A DNA stretch of 63,161 nt, filler included, from 5 parts of 5 records of this genome joined end to end with filler, not necessarily neighbours in it, one strand, 5' to 3'; positions 9,986 to 20,490 are shown, counted from the whole stretch's first letter. Numbers and translations are program-made. Notes: generated by a model from the letters alone, not told the origin.

Positions 9986-10876
9986 CTATTTGAATCTAAT
10001 TTCCCCTGGCATTCCTATTTTTAGGCGCCCATCATTTGCCACTTTTACCTTAACTGCATAAACCAATTTTACACGCTCCTCTTTGGTTTGTATAATTTTA
10101 GGCGTGAATTCCGATTGAGAAGAAATCCAGCTTACCATTCCTTTTAATGTCTCATTTTCGTTCTTGTTCTTATCAATTAAAACATCTACTTCCTGTCCTA
10201 ATTTCACCTCCGACAACTGATCTCCACTTATATAAACCCGCAAATCCAAACTCCTTAAATCAGCCAATTTAAACAGTGGAGTTCCTGTATTCACCATTTC
10301 GTAATCTTCATGGTATTTCTCTAAAACCGTTGCTGGTTCGGGAACGTAAATTTTACTCTTTTCAATCAAGTCGTTAATGGCGTCAATTTTTCGGGCAATA
10401 TTATCCAACTCTCCAAACACCTTTGCATTCTCTGTTTTCACAGATTTAATTTGTTTTTGAATCACCAATACATTCCCGTTAATATCATCAACTTCTTTTT
10501 TTGTAGCCGCTCCATCCTCAAACATTTTATCGATTCTCACCTTGTCTTTCCCCAGAATAGCTAACTGCTCCTTATAAACTTCGATTCTGGAAATGATATT
10601 TTGAATACCCGATGCAATGGATTTCTTTTGTGCCTTTAGTTGTTCTTTTTGCAGATAAAGTTGAGTAGTATCAATTAAACCAACTTGTTGAGCCTCTGTA
10701 AAAACATCACCTTCCTCGATATTCAATTGCAATAACTTACCACTATTCTCTGCTGAAATTTTGTAATCCGCAACTTCGAAATTACCATAAGCATCCGATT
10801 CATTCTCGGTTGAATTGCATGCTGAACTTAAAATCAAAAGCCCCAGACCTATTCCAATTATTGTAGTTAATCTCAT
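9986..10876 (-). CDS. HlyD-family membrane fusion protein (YbhG-like)
   Basis: Lipobox-like LSSAC, coiled coil, EFTPKIIQTKEER, LKIGMPGE. Confidence 0.88.
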   Translation of the reverse strand: MRLTTIIGIGLGLLILSSACNSTENESDAYGNFEVADYKISAENSGKLLQLNIEEGDVFTEAQQVGLIDTTQLYLQKEQLKAQKKSIASGIQNIISRIEVYKEQLAILGKDKVRIDKMFEDGAATKKEVDDINGNVLVIQKQIKSVKTENAKVFGELDNIARKIDAINDLIEKSKIYVPEPATVLEKYHEDYEMVNTGTPLFKLADLRSLDLRVYISGDQLSEVKLGQEVDVLIDKNKNENETLKGMVSWISSQSEFTPKIIQTKEERVKLVYAVKVKVANDGRLKIGMPGEIRFK

Positions 10877-10897
10877 TTTTTTATCCTTTAAGTTCTT

Positions 10898-12181
10898 CTA
10901 TATTCCTTTTATCCTTCTATACTCAGCAAGCGATTGCTGCAACTGAATCAAATGATATTTCTTATTTAATTTCGCTTGAATTTCTTTGTTTAAATCTTCC
11001 AGATAATCACTGGAAGTAATCACTCCATTATCCAATTGAGAAGCCGAACTTTTTGACACTTCCTCTTGCAATTCTATAATGGCATCATCCTTTTGCAAAA
11101 GCAGTTTGAAGGTATTGATATTGCTCAACTCACTTTCTAATTCTATCAATTGATTCTGAGTAAAACTCAATTCGTTCGTGGTAATAATATCTTTCTGAAT
11201 TGCAATCTCCTTTTGCTTTCTACGATTCACTTTCCAATCGAAAATATTCCATGAAACTTTTGCTCCAATCATGTAGTAGGTATCAAATTTATCATTCAGC
11301 TGGTTGTAACCCGGGTTACCATAGCCAAATTGCCCAAATCCTGTAACAACAGGATATCTATCTTTCTTTACCAAATCAATCTGAGATTCCAACAAGGATT
11401 TTTGGCTGGAATAAAACTGATATTCTGGTCGAGTCTTCTTATCCAGTTTAGGCATTACATTATCGGAGAATTCCGTACTTTCAAGTTTGGTCTCAATTCC
11501 AACATCTTTACCCATTAATTGCGACAATACTACAAATGATCTTACCTCATGAGAATTCAATTCCTGCATTTGCTGATCGACTAAAAGCAACTCTGATTGT
11601 AAAACTTTTAAATTGGCAGGCAATACTACACCATTCTCAACAGCCGATTTTACTTGTTGTAATCGCTCCAAAATGATTTTCTGCTTATCAACCAGTACCA
11701 ACTTGTTTTTGCGAACCAACTGAATACCAAAATATGCTGTATTAACTCTCTCTCTTAGCTGATACATCTGAATTTCCAGATTCTTAAGCTGAACTTCCGA
11801 AGTTTTCTTTTCTATGTCAATTCTACTTTGAGTTTTTCTACCATCATAAATCAATTGCTCAACATCAAGGTTAAGTGAATATTGATCTTTAGGTGCAGTA
11901 GGTGTATCCATTCCTGGCAATGAAATTCCTGTTACATCTGACTGATAACTTGCTTTTCCATTGGCATACAATTTTGGTAAATACGATATCTTAACATTAT
12001 CCACATTTAAATCAGCAGACAATTTTATAAGCTCCAGTCCTTTCCCTAACGGAAAATTCTCCTGCACCTCTTTTTGACATTGATCTAAACTAAGCGCACT
12101 CTCCTGTGCCCAGGTTTGATTGCCTAAAAAAGAGATTATCAAAAAAAGAATCAATTGGCTCCTTCTTGCAATTACTTTCAT
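10898..12181 (-). CDS. TolC-family outer membrane efflux protein
   Basis: Signal peptide, YLPKL...QLIYDG and YPVV...WNIFDW repeats; operon context. Confidence 0.88.
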   Translation of the reverse strand: MKVIARRSQLILFLIISFLGNQTWAQESALSLDQCQKEVQENFPLGKGLELIKLSADLNVDNVKISYLPKLYANGKASYQSDVTGISLPGMDTPTAPKDQYSLNLDVEQLIYDGRKTQSRIDIEKKTSEVQLKNLEIQMYQLRERVNTAYFGIQLVRKNKLVLVDKQKIILERLQQVKSAVENGVVLPANLKVLQSELLLVDQQMQELNSHEVRSFVVLSQLMGKDVGIETKLESTEFSDNVMPKLDKKTRPEYQFYSSQKSLLESQIDLVKKDRYPVVTGFGQFGYGNPGYNQLNDKFDTYYMIGAKVSWNIFDWKVNRRKQKEIAIQKDIITTNELSFTQNQLIELESELSNINTFKLLLQKDDAIIELQEEVSKSSASQLDNGVITSSDYLEDLNKEIQAKLNKKYHLIQLQQSLAEYRRIKGI

Positions 12182-12191
12182 AATCTAAACA

Positions 12192-12806
12192 TTAAATTTT
12201 TATGGATTGAATTATAAAATCGGCAACTTTATCCGCCCTAGTCTTTAACACTTCATCAAAATTTACATTTTGATACAAAAGTTCACTGGCAATAGGTTTA
12301 CTTGCAAAAGGGAATATAGATAAGCTAATAATATTCAAAATCAATTCTCTTGGATCAATTTCACGAATTTCTCCATTTTTAATTGCCTTAGATATTTGAG
12401 TCAAAGTCTTTTCCTTACCAGCCATAATACCTTCAACATTTATTAGTTTTAAAATTCTGCTAGGATCTGTATTTACTTCATTAATAATGAAATTTGGCAG
12501 AAATGGATACTCAACTAAAATCTTATTATAATGCCTGCATATATTTCTTATTTTTTGAAACAACTCCGAATCATCAGCTAAAAATGCGGCTAAGGGACGT
12601 GCTAATTTCTTAAATGCTTCTTCAAATATTTGCTCAAATAATTTCTCCTTACTCCTATAGTAATAATGCAAAAGAGCTTTGTTAATGCCAGCACTATCTG
12701 CAATTTCCTGCATGCGTGCACCTGCTAATCCTTTTTGCGCAAAAATCTTTCTTGCTGCTTCAAGAATATTCTCTTGTGTTTCGACTGATTTTTTCTCCTC
12801 TTTCAT
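12192..12806 (-). CDS. TetR/AcrR family transcriptional regulator
   Basis: N-terminal HTH ILEAARKIFAQKGLAGARMQEIADSAGINKALLHYYYRSKEKLF. Confidence 0.95.
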   Translation of the reverse strand: MKEEKKSVETQENILEAARKIFAQKGLAGARMQEIADSAGINKALLHYYYRSKEKLFEQIFEEAFKKLARPLAAFLADDSELFQKIRNICRHYNKILVEYPFLPNFIINEVNTDPSRILKLINVEGIMAGKEKTLTQISKAIKNGEIREIDPRELILNIISLSIFPFASKPIASELLYQNVNFDEVLKTRADKVADFIIQSIKI

Positions 12807-12809
12807 ACT

Positions 12810-12935
12810 TTAACCATTTGGTTAATTTACACTCAAAAATAAAACCATCCGGTTTAACCGTTTGGTTAATGCAAATATATGGGAAGAAATAGAACTAACA
12901 AAACATTTGGATATTTTTTTAACCATATGGTTAAA
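12810..12935. promoter_or_regulatory. Four palindromic operator-like sites (TTAACC-N4-GGTTAA) around the TetR operon promoter
   Basis: TTAACCATTTGGTTAA 12810-12825, AAAACCATCCGGTTTA 12841-12856, TTAACCGTTTGGTTAA 12854-12869, TTAACCATATGGTTAA 12919-12934. Minus-strand -7 box TATATTTG at 12872-12879 with TTTG near 12899-12902. Confidence 0.75.
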
Positions 12936-12998
12936 GTCCTAAACACAAAAAGCTCCAAATCTAGGATTCAGAGCTTTACATTTATAAATAATCAGTTA

Positions 12999-15425
12999 CT
13001 ATTCGTAACGAAGAGATTTTATCGGATTCATTCCTGCTACTTTAATAGAATGTCCACTAACTGTAACAATTGCCAATAGCAAGGAAATACCTAAGGCTAT
13101 TAAGAAGTAATACCATGGAAAATCTATCCGGTAAACAAAATTGGAAAGCCATTTATTCATGGCATAATAACTAACCGGCCATGCAATAACATTAGCAAGA
13201 ACAACACTAATACACAAATTCTTACTCAATAAGGCAATTAAATTCATTTCATTACTTCCCAACACTTTTCTTATTCCAATTTCCTTTACTCGCTGTTGCA
13301 TTTCAAAAGAAACCAAGCCTAATAGACCTAAAAGAGCTATAAGGAAAGCCAAGATCGTAAAAGCACTTAGAATGTTCGCCACCCTTACTTCTCCTTTAAA
13401 TAAGGTGTTAAAGTCATTATCAAGAAAGAAATATTCAAAAGGTTCACCTTTGGTTTTTTTCATCCAAACTTTCTTTACCACTTTAACTCCCGCCATTACA
13501 TTTTCAGGCTTTAACTTCACCAACAAATATCTTTGATGAGAATTGGGAGCATAATGCAAAAACATCGGTAATATTTTATCTTTCATAGATTCAAAATGAA
13601 AGTTTTTTATGACTCCAACAATCTCAACAGGAGTTCTTCCATTGTTATTAAAGCTTGGCTTATACACATATCTTCCGACTGGATTTTCACAATATTCCAA
13701 TACATCAATAGCCGCTTCGTTTGCAATAAAAACAGAAGTGTCCGCCAATCTCGACTTGTCAAATTTTCTTCCGTCAAGTAATTTCAATCCTAGTAAATCA
13801 ATAAAATTCTCATCAACACGCATCAACCTAAAATTGATCATATCCTCATTACTAGCTCCTTCACGATACATCGACCAACCATTGGTCCCTCTACCAGGAA
13901 CCATCCCTGAAAATGATACATTCTCAATCGCAGGACTCTTAGATAACATTTCCTTTACCGTCTCTTTCTCTTCATTATCGAAGGTATATGCTCTATTAAC
14001 AACCAGAATCCTCTCCTTTTCAAAGCCCAATTTCTTGTTCTGCATAAAATCAACCTGTTCTTTCATTACAAAGGTTGAAATCAATATTCCAATAGCAACA
14101 GTAAATTGAAAAATCACCAAAGTAGATCTAATTTTCTTTCCTAATTTTCCTTTACGAACCTCTCCTTTTAATACGCTCATTACTCGAAATCCAGAAAGAG
14201 ACATTGCTGTATAAGTCCCCGCAAAGATTACGACAAAAACAATTACCCCAAGTACAAATACGATGTAATCTAATTCCCATAATAAATTAGATGAGATACT
14301 CTTTCTTGCTATCTGATTAAATACGGGTAACACCAACTCCATCAGGAAATAAGATAAAATACCAGCCAGCACAGACATTAATAGAGTTTCTGCATAAAAC
14401 TGAAACAGTAACATTTCTCTGCTACTTCCAAAAACTTTTCGTACTCCTACCTCATTCGCCCTGGTAAAAGATCTGGCCGTAGTTAAATTCAAGAAGTTTA
14501 CACAAGCCAACAATAAAATAAAAAATGCAATTGCTGAAAAAATATAGATGTATCTGATATCACTAATAGGCTCGATCTGCCCATCAGTAGTAGAATGCAG
14601 ATATATTTCCTCAAGAGGTTCCAAGTAATAATAGAATTCATTTCCGGATTTTTCCCATTGCAGAATATCAATCCCCAGAACTTCCATTAATTTAGGTCCC
14701 ATGTGTTTTAATAAGAAAGGTCTGAATTTCTCCTGTAACATTTTAAAATCAGAACCAGATTCCAAAAGAAGATAAGCTTGCATATAGTCGCTAAACCAAT
14801 TCTCTTCGTCCTCCGTACTCAAATCTAAATTACAAACCATATTGTAATGAAAATGTGAATTCTTAGGAACATCTACCACTACTCCGGTAATAGTAAACAA
14901 TGTCTTCTCACCTAATCTAATTACCTTTCCTACTGGATTAATATCACCAAAGTATTTTGAAGACGTGGTCTTTGTTAATACAATATTGCCAGAGCCACTT
15001 AGTGCAGTTTTTGAATCACCATAAATAAATGGTCTTTCAAAGACTTCAAAAAATGTCGAATCCGTCCTAAGTAGCTTATCTTCTACAAATTGCTTTTTCT
15101 CATAACTAAACAGAACATTACTCCAAAAATGAGTTCGAACAGCATACTTTACTTCCGGAAAATCTGCTTGAGCAGCTGGTGAAAATGGAGCACAAATCGT
15201 ATTTCCATCATATGTTCTTTCTCCCATCTTCGACTTTACGGCAACGCGATAAATATCTTTTGATTTTGGATAAAATTTATCGTAGCTCAATTCATCCTTA
15301 ACAAAAAGGAAAATTAAAAACACACATGTCAATCCAATTGCCAAACCAACAACATTAATAAAGGAATATCCTTTATACTTCTTCATATTTCGAAAAGCAA
15401 CCTTGAAAAAATTCTGAATCATCAT
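12999..15425 (-). CDS. ABC transporter permease, duplicated MacB-PCD/FtsX type
   Basis: NFFKVAFRNMKK start, ACVNFLNLTTARS..RANEVGVRKVFG, second repeat RVKEIGIRKVLG, ends NPIKSLRYE. Start moved to the ATG at 15425 (or 15422). Confidence 0.9.
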   Translation of the reverse strand: MMIQNFFKVAFRNMKKYKGYSFINVVGLAIGLTCVFLIFLFVKDELSYDKFYPKSKDIYRVAVKSKMGERTYDGNTICAPFSPAAQADFPEVKYAVRTHFWSNVLFSYEKKQFVEDKLLRTDSTFFEVFERPFIYGDSKTALSGSGNIVLTKTTSSKYFGDINPVGKVIRLGEKTLFTITGVVVDVPKNSHFHYNMVCNLDLSTEDEENWFSDYMQAYLLLESGSDFKMLQEKFRPFLLKHMGPKLMEVLGIDILQWEKSGNEFYYYLEPLEEIYLHSTTDGQIEPISDIRYIYIFSAIAFFILLLACVNFLNLTTARSFTRANEVGVRKVFGSSREMLLFQFYAETLLMSVLAGILSYFLMELVLPVFNQIARKSISSNLLWELDYIVFVLGVIVFVVIFAGTYTAMSLSGFRVMSVLKGEVRKGKLGKKIRSTLVIFQFTVAIGILISTFVMKEQVDFMQNKKLGFEKERILVVNRAYTFDNEEKETVKEMLSKSPAIENVSFSGMVPGRGTNGWSMYREGASNEDMINFRLMRVDENFIDLLGLKLLDGRKFDKSRLADTSVFIANEAAIDVLEYCENPVGRYVYKPSFNNNGRTPVEIVGVIKNFHFESMKDKILPMFLHYAPNSHQRYLLVKLKPENVMAGVKVVKKVWMKKTKGEPFEYFFLDNDFNTLFKGEVRVANILSAFTILAFLIALLGLLGLVSFEMQQRVKEIGIRKVLGSNEMNLIALLSKNLCISVVLANVIAWPVSYYAMNKWLSNFVYRIDFPWYYFLIALGISLLLAIVTVSGHSIKVAGMNPIKSLRYE

Positions 15426-15454
15426 AGGGGGATTTAGGTTATGTATACCTTTTA

Positions 15455-15562
15455 TCAATAGATATACCACAAGCCATATCTAATTAACCAAATGATAGTT
15501 ACCACAAATACAAACCTATTAAACTTGTCCGTAATCGAAAGTTTAATGTTCGAAATCGGGCA
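15455..15562 (-). promoter_or_regulatory. Putative sigma54 -24/-12 promoter with two upstream palindromic activator sites
   Basis: Minus strand TGGTAT-ATCTA-TTGA (15469-15455); imperfect palindromes TGTCCGTAATCGAAAG (15526-15541) and TGTTCGAAATCGGGCA (15547-15562). Confidence 0.5.
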
Positions 15563-15563
15563 C

Positions 15564-15594
15564 AAAAAAAGAGGATACCAATTGGCATCCTCTT
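15564..15594 (-). terminator. Intrinsic terminator after the DUF1015 gene
   Basis: Minus strand AAGAGGATGCC-AATT-GGTATCCTC followed by a T run. Confidence 0.8.
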
Positions 15595-15614
15595 CAATAT
15601 ATTAAGTGACTTTA

Positions 15615-16865
15615 TTAGTCTAACTTGTGAATTAACAAACCAGAACGAAGTTTAGGCTCGAACCAAGTAGTTTTTGGAGGCATGATATTACCTGTATCAG
15701 CAATATCAATTAATTGTTGCATAGATACTGCATAAAGAGCAAAAGCTACTTTCATATCGCCGCTATCAACACGTTTCTTCAACTCACCTAATCCACGGAT
15801 ACCACCTACAAACTCAACACGAGTAGTAGTACGAAGATCTTTTACATCCAATAGGTTATCCAATACATGGCTTGAAAGGATTGTTACATCCAATACACCA
15901 ATAGGATCCTTATCATCGTAAGTACCTTCTTTGGCGTTCAACTTGTACCACTTGTTATCTAAATACATAGAGAACTCGTGCAATTGAGCTGGCTTGTACG
16001 TTTCTTCTCCCATGCACTCAACTACAAATGTCTCTTCTAACTTAGCTAAGAATTCAGCTTCAGTCATTCCATTCAAATCCTTAGCAACACGATTGTAATC
16101 GATAATTGCCAATTGATCATCTGGGAAGTGAACTGCCATAAAGTAGTTGTACTCTTCATCACCTGTATGGTTTGGGTTCTTAGCCGCAAACTCATCACCA
16201 ATACGAGCAGCAGCAGCTGTTCTGTGGTGACCATCAGCTACGTATGTAGCAGGAACTTTAGTTGCAAACAACTCTTCCAACTCTTTATTAGTAGCAGGAT
16301 CGTTTACTGGCCAGAAATGATGACCGAATCCATCTTCAGCAACAAAATCGTACTCAGCCTCTTCGTTCTTTACAATATTTGCTACGATAGCGTCAATCTC
16401 TGGAACAGCTTTATAAGAAAAGAATACTGGTTCCAAGTTAGCCTCAGTATAACGAGTTAAGATCATACGATCTTCCTCTTTATCCGGACGAGTTAGCTCG
16501 TGCTTCTTAATTACACCATTTTTATAATCAGCGCAAGCAGCATTAGCAACAATACCGTACTGAGTACGACCGTCCATAGTTTGAGCATAGATATAGAATT
16601 TAGCTTCTGAATCTTGCTTTAACCAACCTTTTTCTTGCCATAGCTTAAGGTTTGATACTGATTTTTCGTATACCTCAGCAGAGTGAACATCTGTTCCTGC
16701 AGGGCAATCGATCTCCGCGCGAGTAATGTGTAGTAAAGAACAATCTTTACCTTCAGCCATTTGAGCAGCCTCTTCTGAATTCATTACGTCATAAGGTAGA
16801 CATGCCAAATCTTTAGCGATATCTTTTGTAGGGCGCAAGCCTCTGAATGGTTTTACTATAGCCAT
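15615..16865 (-). CDS. DUF1015 family protein
   Basis: PFRGLRP, LPYDV, KKHELTRPDKEEDR, YVADGHHR, MPPKTTWFEPKLRSGL. Confidence 0.9.
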   Translation of the reverse strand: MAIVKPFRGLRPTKDIAKDLACLPYDVMNSEEAAQMAEGKDCSLLHITRAEIDCPAGTDVHSAEVYEKSVSNLKLWQEKGWLKQDSEAKFYIYAQTMDGRTQYGIVANAACADYKNGVIKKHELTRPDKEEDRMILTRYTEANLEPVFFSYKAVPEIDAIVANIVKNEEAEYDFVAEDGFGHHFWPVNDPATNKELEELFATKVPATYVADGHHRTAAAARIGDEFAAKNPNHTGDEEYNYFMAVHFPDDQLAIIDYNRVAKDLNGMTEAEFLAKLEETFVVECMGEETYKPAQLHEFSMYLDNKWYKLNAKEGTYDDKDPIGVLDVTILSSHVLDNLLDVKDLRTTTRVEFVGGIRGLGELKKRVDSGDMKVAFALYAVSMQQLIDIADTGNIMPPKTTWFEPKLRSGLLIHKLD

Positions 16866-16979
16866 CGTTAATATGTTTTTGTTGTGTTGTTAATCTTAAA
16901 TTGAAAACGTTTGCTTTCAATACTTATAAAAAAGGAAACAAGATAAATACATTGTATCTCTTGCTTCCTAATATTCTAT

Positions 16980-17900
16980 TTAGTTTACTTTATAGGTAGT
17001 ATCTCCTTTTTCGATGCAGTTCACAATTTGATTTGCACCAGCAATACCAGCATTGATATTTGCTTCAGCAGTTTGTGCACCCATCTTTTTAGGTGTAAAG
17101 AAGAAACGACCATCAAATTTGGCAGCAATTTCATCTTTACAATCAGGAGCGATATCAGAAATGTATGCAAAATCTTTACGATCATCCATTAATTTCATCA
17201 ATCCTTCTTCATCAATTACCTCTTTACGAGCAGTATTTACAAGAATTCCTCCTTCAGGCATCTTGTTTAATAAATCGTAATTAATTGATTTTTTTGTTTT
17301 ATCATTAGCTGGAATATGCAACGAAATGTAGTTACAAGTACTGTATAATTCTTCAACAGAATCAACAACAGTTACTCCATCAGCTTCAATTGCTTCTTTA
17401 GCTACAAACGGATCGAAAGCCAAAACTTCCATTCCAAACCCTTTAGCAATTTCGCCTACATAACGACCTACATTACCATAGGCGTGAATACCGATTTTTT
17501 TACCTCGTAATTCAACACCAGCTTTTCCGTTATAAGTATTTCTAGCCATAAAAACCATCATACCTAAAACCAACTCAGCAACAGCGTTTGAGTTCTGTCC
17601 TGGAGTGTTCATAGCAACAATTCCTTTTTCAGTACAAGCTTCAAGATCGATATTATCGTATCCTGCACCTGCACGAACTATTACTTTAAGATTCTTAGCA
17701 GCTTCAATAACTTCACGTGTTGCTTTATCACTACGGATAATCATTGCCTCAACGTCAGCAACAGCTGCTAATAGATCAGCCTTATCAGTATAAGATTCCA
17801 ACAAAACCAATTCGTAACCTGCGCCTTCCACAACTTCTCTGATACCATTAACGGCGGCAGGAGCAAAAGGCTTTTCGGTTGCAATTAATACTTTAGTCAT
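16980..17900 (-). CDS. serA: D-3-phosphoglycerate dehydrogenase, short type IIIK form
   Basis: RAGAGYDNID, NTPGQNSNAVAE, VNTAR; TPKKMGAQT has Lys where His is usual; no ACT domain; follows serC. Confidence 0.85.
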   Translation of the reverse strand: MTKVLIATEKPFAPAAVNGIREVVEGAGYELVLLESYTDKADLLAAVADVEAMIIRSDKATREVIEAAKNLKVIVRAGAGYDNIDLEACTEKGIVAMNTPGQNSNAVAELVLGMMVFMARNTYNGKAGVELRGKKIGIHAYGNVGRYVGEIAKGFGMEVLAFDPFVAKEAIEADGVTVVDSVEELYSTCNYISLHIPANDKTKKSINYDLLNKMPEGGILVNTARKEVIDEEGLMKLMDDRKDFAYISDIAPDCKDEIAAKFDGRFFFTPKKMGAQTAEANINAGIAGANQIVNCIEKGDTTYKVN

Positions 17901-17933
17901 TTTATTTGAAAATTTGAATTAAAAAAATAAAAT

Positions 17934-17999
17934 GTCATTGTCAGCCAAATCGAAGTAACTCTAGAGTTACTTTAGTCGTTCCTCATGCATCTGAATGAC
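17934..17999. repeat. Palindromic intergenic element between serC and serA
   Basis: GTCATT(17934-17939)...AATGAC(17994-17999) flanking the perfect palindrome AAGTAACTCTAGAGTTACTT (17953-17972). Confidence 0.4.
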
Positions 18000-18040
18000 G
18001 AAAAGTAGGAAGAATTACCCTCCTACTCATCAAATGTAAA

Positions 18041-19117
18041 TTATTTTACGTGAATTGCTTCGAATTCTTTCATGCAATCAGCCAAAGCTTGTACGCTTGC
18101 TTTTGGTAATGCATTGTATGTAGAAGCACGGAATCCACCAACCGAACGGTGTCCTTTAATACCAGACATACCTCTTTCAGTTGCGAATGTGAAGAATTCT
18201 TTTTCCAATTCTTTGTACTCGTCAGTCATTACGAAACAGATATTCATTAATGAACGATCTTCTTCGTTGATAACAGTACCTTTGAACATTGGGTTGCGAT
18301 CGATCTCGTTGTAAAGAACTGCAGCTTTTTCTTCGTTCATTTTCTGCATAGCAGCAACACCACCTTGTTCTTTGATCCACTTCAAAGTCTGAAGAGCAGC
18401 AAATACAGGAACTACAGGAGGAGTATTGAACATTGATTCTCCTTTAATGTGAGTTCTGTAATCTAACATTGTAGGAATCTGACGATCAACTTTACCTAAG
18501 ATTTCATCTTTAACAATCACAAAAGTTACACCTGCAGGAGCAAGGTTCTTTTGAGCACCACCATAAATCAAATCATATTTCGAAACGTCAACTGGACGAG
18601 AGAAAATATCAGATGACATATCTGCTACCAATGGTACATTTACGTCCATATCTTCTTTGATCTCGGTACCGTAAATCGTATTGTTTGTAGTAATGTGGAA
18701 ATAATCTGCATCAGCAGGAATTTCATATCCTTTTGGAATAAAGTTGTAAACAGTATCTTTTGAAGATGCTACTTCTACTACTTCACCAAAAAGTTTAGCT
18801 TCTTTCTGAGCTTTATTTGCCCAAGCACCTGTATTTAGGTATGCAGATTTCTTCCCCATCAAGTTGTAAGGAATCATGCAAAACTGAGTTGATGCACCAC
18901 CACCAACAAATAATACAGAGTATCCTTCAGGAATGCTCAATAATTCTTTGAACAATGCGATTGCTTCGTCCATTACTGCAACAAATTCCTTGCTACGGTG
19001 TGAAACTTCCATTACAGAAAGACCTGTTCCAGCAAAATTTTTGATTGCTTCAGCAGTTTTTTCAACTGTGAAATCCGGAAGGATTGAAGGGCCTGCAGAA
19101 AAGTTGTGTACTTTCAT
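18041..19117 (-). CDS. serC: Phosphoserine aminotransferase
   Basis: [32 protein letters not shown] (PLP lysine), [11 protein letters not shown]. Confidence 0.96.
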   Translation of the reverse strand: MKVHNFSAGPSILPDFTVEKTAEAIKNFAGTGLSVMEVSHRSKEFVAVMDEAIALFKELLSIPEGYSVLFVGGGASTQFCMIPYNLMGKKSAYLNTGAWANKAQKEAKLFGEVVEVASSKDTVYNFIPKGYEIPADADYFHITTNNTIYGTEIKEDMDVNVPLVADMSSDIFSRPVDVSKYDLIYGGAQKNLAPAGVTFVIVKDEILGKVDRQIPTMLDYRTHIKGESMFNTPPVVPVFAALQTLKWIKEQGGVAAMQKMNEEKAAVLYNEIDRNPMFKGTVINEEDRSLMNICFVMTDEYKELEKEFFTFATERGMSGIKGHRSVGGFRASTYNALPKASVQALADCMKEFEAIHVK

Positions 19118-19556
19118 TTTTTCAAACGTTTTAAATTTTTGTATTATTCCATATCCTGAGGCAAATTTGCAAATAAAAATTTATTTTAAGACGGTTTTAT
19201 CTGTTAAAATGTATGTTTTAAAACAAATATTCCATCATCTTATCCCCCTTCGTATAGATTAACATCTGCAGTCTGAAAAACAGCAACTTAACCCTCAGAA
19301 ATTATTTTGATATTTTCTCTTTTTTTCAACAACATTGTCTGTTTTCATAAGATTTTGATTTTTGATGAAATCAATTGGTGCAAAAAATTACAAATCAACA
19401 TCAATCGAAGCTCAAAAAACAAACAAGAAATCTTCTAAAGAGAAAAACAAATGTATAAATTTATGTTCGAAATACTTCTTCCTTTTGTAAATAAAAAAAA
19501 CAGGTATACAATTAAGTACACCTGCCATATATAAATTCAAAATGAATTTCTTTTTC

Positions 19557-20390
19557 TTATCCTTTATAAAAAGGGATCTTCGTAATTTTAGCTTTTAAAG
19601 CTTTTTTTCTTACACGAATGTAAATTTCTGTATCTGCTTTGTAAAAACCTTCCTTAACGTATCCCATTCCGATTGATTTGCCAACCATTGGAGCCATAGT
19701 TCCCGAAGTAACCTCACCAATTTCATTACCTTCAGCATCTTCAATCTTATATCCCTGACGAGGAATTCCTCTATCAATCATTTCAAAACCTTTCAATCTA
19801 CGCTTTGGTTTTTCCTCTTTTTGTTTTTGGAAGAAATCACGATCGATAAAATCGTTACCATCTACAAACTTAGTAATCCAACCTAAACCTGCTTCAATTG
19901 GAGTATGAGTATCATCGATATCATTTCCATACAAACAGAAACCAACTTCTAGACGTAAAGTATCACGAGCTGCCAAACCAATTGGCTGAATACCAAACTC
20001 CTTACCTGCTTCCATAACAGCATTCAAAAGCTTTTCACCATCCTCGTTCGATACATAAATTTCACATCCTCCTGAACCAGTATAACCAGTAGTTGAGAAA
20101 ATAGCATTCTCGATACCAGCTACGGTAGCTTTTTTAAATGTATAATATTCCATATCCTCAACAGGAACATCTACAATTTTCTGCATTGCTTTTAATGCCA
20201 ACGGACCTTGAACTGCCAACTGACAAATTTCATCAGAAGCATTGTACAATTCTTTTCCAACTTCCAGTCCCATTTCCTCAGCGTTTTTCGAACACCAATT
20301 CCAGTCTTTTTCGATATTAGCTGCATTTACAACCAACAAATAGGTTTCAGCATCAATGCAGTAAACCAACAAATCATCAACAATACCACC
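19557..20390 (-). CDS. gcvT: Glycine cleavage system T protein (5' truncated at contig edge)
   Basis: GGIVDDLLVY, AVQGP, TGYTG, GLAARDTLRLE, GEVTSGT. Confidence 0.95.
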   Translation of the reverse strand, partial: GGIVDDLLVYCIDAETYLLVVNAANIEKDWNWCSKNAEEMGLEVGKELYNASDEICQLAVQGPLALKAMQKIVDVPVEDMEYYTFKKATVAGIENAIFSTTGYTGSGGCEIYVSNEDGEKLLNAVMEAGKEFGIQPIGLAARDTLRLEVGFCLYGNDIDDTHTPIEAGLGWITKFVDGNDFIDRDFFQKQKEEKPKRRLKGFEMIDRGIPRQGYKIEDAEGNEIGEVTSGTMAPMVGKSIGMGYVKEGFYKADTEIYIRVRKKALKAKITKIPFYKG

Positions 20391-20490
20391 NNNNNNNNNN
20401 NNNNNNNNNNNNNNNNNNNNNNNNNNNNNNNNNNTTAATTAATTAANNNNNNNNNNNNNNNNNNNNNNNNNNNNNNNNNNNNNNNNNNNN
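20391..20490. other. Artificial contig spacer
   Basis: 44 N + TTAATTAATTAA (stops in all six frames) + 44 N. Confidence 0.98.

Noticed and set aside
20435-20446. TTAATTAATTAA palindrome recurring four times
   Set aside because: Synthetic six-frame-stop linker inside N padding.
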